From assembly GCA_902196205.1 (NCBI GenBank), contig CABIKM010000041.1, positions 1 to 22,456 on the forward strand: a stretch of 22,456 nt of DNA, read 5' to 3'. The translations under genes were made by a program, and so were the position numbers. Shown one piece after another: positions 21,725-22,456 of this stretch. The number at the start of each line of letters is the position of its first letter. Within the stretch, counting starts at the first letter, position 1. Below the pieces are notes generated by a model. That model worked only from the letters and a program-made list of their open reading frames with translations. It searched no databases and was not told the DNA's origin. The stretch comes from Candidatus Methylomirabilis lanthanidiphila (lineage in GTDB: Bacteria > Methylomirabilota > Methylomirabilia > Methylomirabilales > Methylomirabilaceae).

Positions 21725-22456
21725 CTACGTCCGCGACAGCCATACCGGCTTGCTGATCCACTTTCCCATAAACATCCACCAGACATACACGAGCCCGCTG
21801 ATGAACCCGGCGAAGAATGAGGAGACCGGCGTGACGTCTCGTCCGAAGGTTCGCAGCGTCCCTCGCTCCACGATCCTGATGTACTCGGGCGTCGCGGAGC
21901 GCACATACTCCATCCCCATCAGATCGGCGATCGACATGAGCGGCCCGCTTGGGTGCTTGACGGCCAGGTGGAACGGCGCCAGCCAAGTCCAGTTTGCGGG
22001 ATAAAACAACAGCGACCACCCCATGCCGCCGAACAGCGCCGTAAACATGTAGCTTCCCGTCATCATCAACATGACGTCCAGGAAGATCGCGCTGGGGATC
22101 ATCAGACCAGGGGTGGTAAAATTGACCGGGAACCAAGCCCAATAGTAGAAGTTGAAGACACGGTTCATCCATTGACCGAAGTGAAGCGTCATAATACAAA
22201 AAGTCGCACCGATCGGCAGACGCATCTTTTCCCACATAAAATATTGCGTCGCCGCAGGGAAGGTAATCAGCAGAATCGGTGTCAACGTGACCCACCAGCG
22301 CCGATCCTTCCAGTCCAGCCAGAAGTCCCAGTCGCCGACAGTCAGCATCTGGTGAATATGATAGCCGGCCACCGTACCGGTGAATGCAGCGACGATGATA
22401 ATGATATCAAACTTTCGCTCCAGGCTTGCAGCTTGCTGTTGTGACAAGAGCGCCAT
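21725..22456 (-). CDS. pmoA: Particulate methane monooxygenase subunit A (243 aa; the ATG sits exactly at the window edge)
   Basis: GYHIHQMLTVGDWDFWLDWKDRRWW, FPAATQYFMWEKMRLP and TPEYIRIVERGTLRTFGRDV match PmoA/AmoA signature blocks. The length is within 4 aa of Methylococcus PmoA as I remember it. The upstream sequence cannot be inspected. Confidence 0.9.
   Translation of the reverse strand: MALLSQQQAASLERKFDIIIIVAAFTGTVAGYHIHQMLTVGDWDFWLDWKDRRWWVTLTPILLITFPAATQYFMWEKMRLPIGATFCIMTLHFGQWMNRVFNFYYWAWFPVNFTTPGLMIPSAIFLDVMLMMTGSYMFTALFGGMGWSLLFYPANWTWLAPFHLAVKHPSGPLMSIADLMGMEYVRSATPEYIRIVERGTLRTFGRDVTPVSSFFAGFISGLVYVWWMFMGKWISKPVWLSRT

Noticed and set aside
20669-22444. ORFs of 263 aa, 109 aa, 202 aa, 163 aa and 114 aa overlapping pmoB and pmoA
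   Set aside because: They overlap unmistakable pmoA and pmoB frames. Their compositions are Arg/His/Pro/Asp-rich.
1-22456. Search for tRNA, rRNA, CRISPR arrays, IS elements, transposases, integrases or phage genes
   Set aside because: I could recognise none by eye. The only repeats are the nod duplication, the 74-bp tandem unit, the 133-bp inverted-repeat element and isolated hairpins. A covariance-model scan would be needed to exclude small RNAs formally.

Overview
GC-rich bacterial chromosomal window. Its gene content matches what I remember of NC10 'Candidatus Methylomirabilis', the nitrite-dependent intra-aerobic methanotroph; this is recognition from memory, not a search. Left end, + strand: a translationally coupled housekeeping operon of priA (3' part), an NPPY methyltransferase, a C-N hydrolase and nadE. 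Nt 3790-12888, all on the - strand: two tandem quinol-NOR-like heme-copper oxidase paralogues (809 and 813 aa), each with its own leader and terminator hairpin. In both, the FeB-ligating His-His pair reads His-Asn and the quinol-site His/Glu pair seems to be missing, which is the signature of the proposed NO dismutase (Nod, 2NO -> N2 + O2). Downstream of them lie a 95-aa protein, a monoheme cytochrome c, and a three-gene overlapping module: a membrane-anchored pentaheme cytochrome c, a Tll0287/DUF3365-like heme-c protein and a His-bearing polytopic membrane protein. A PAS-LuxR regulator with a Cys triad sits directly upstream of the nod pair, and a conserved 10-bp palindrome lies about 300 nt upstream of both nod genes. 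Further right: a divergent OprO/P-type porin, a GYD-domain protein, a 133-bp nested inverted-repeat element and ftsH. At the right edge, - strand: pmoA-pmoB of particulate methane monooxygenase (pmoC expected beyond the window), followed by an unannotated 27-codon transmembrane ORF and a His-rich secreted protein with the same predicted AWA|HG cleavage site as PmoB. I saw no tRNA, rRNA, CRISPR array or transposase. The main candidate for the unusual system is the nod pair together with its regulator, heme-protein neighbours and the nearby pMMO genes.
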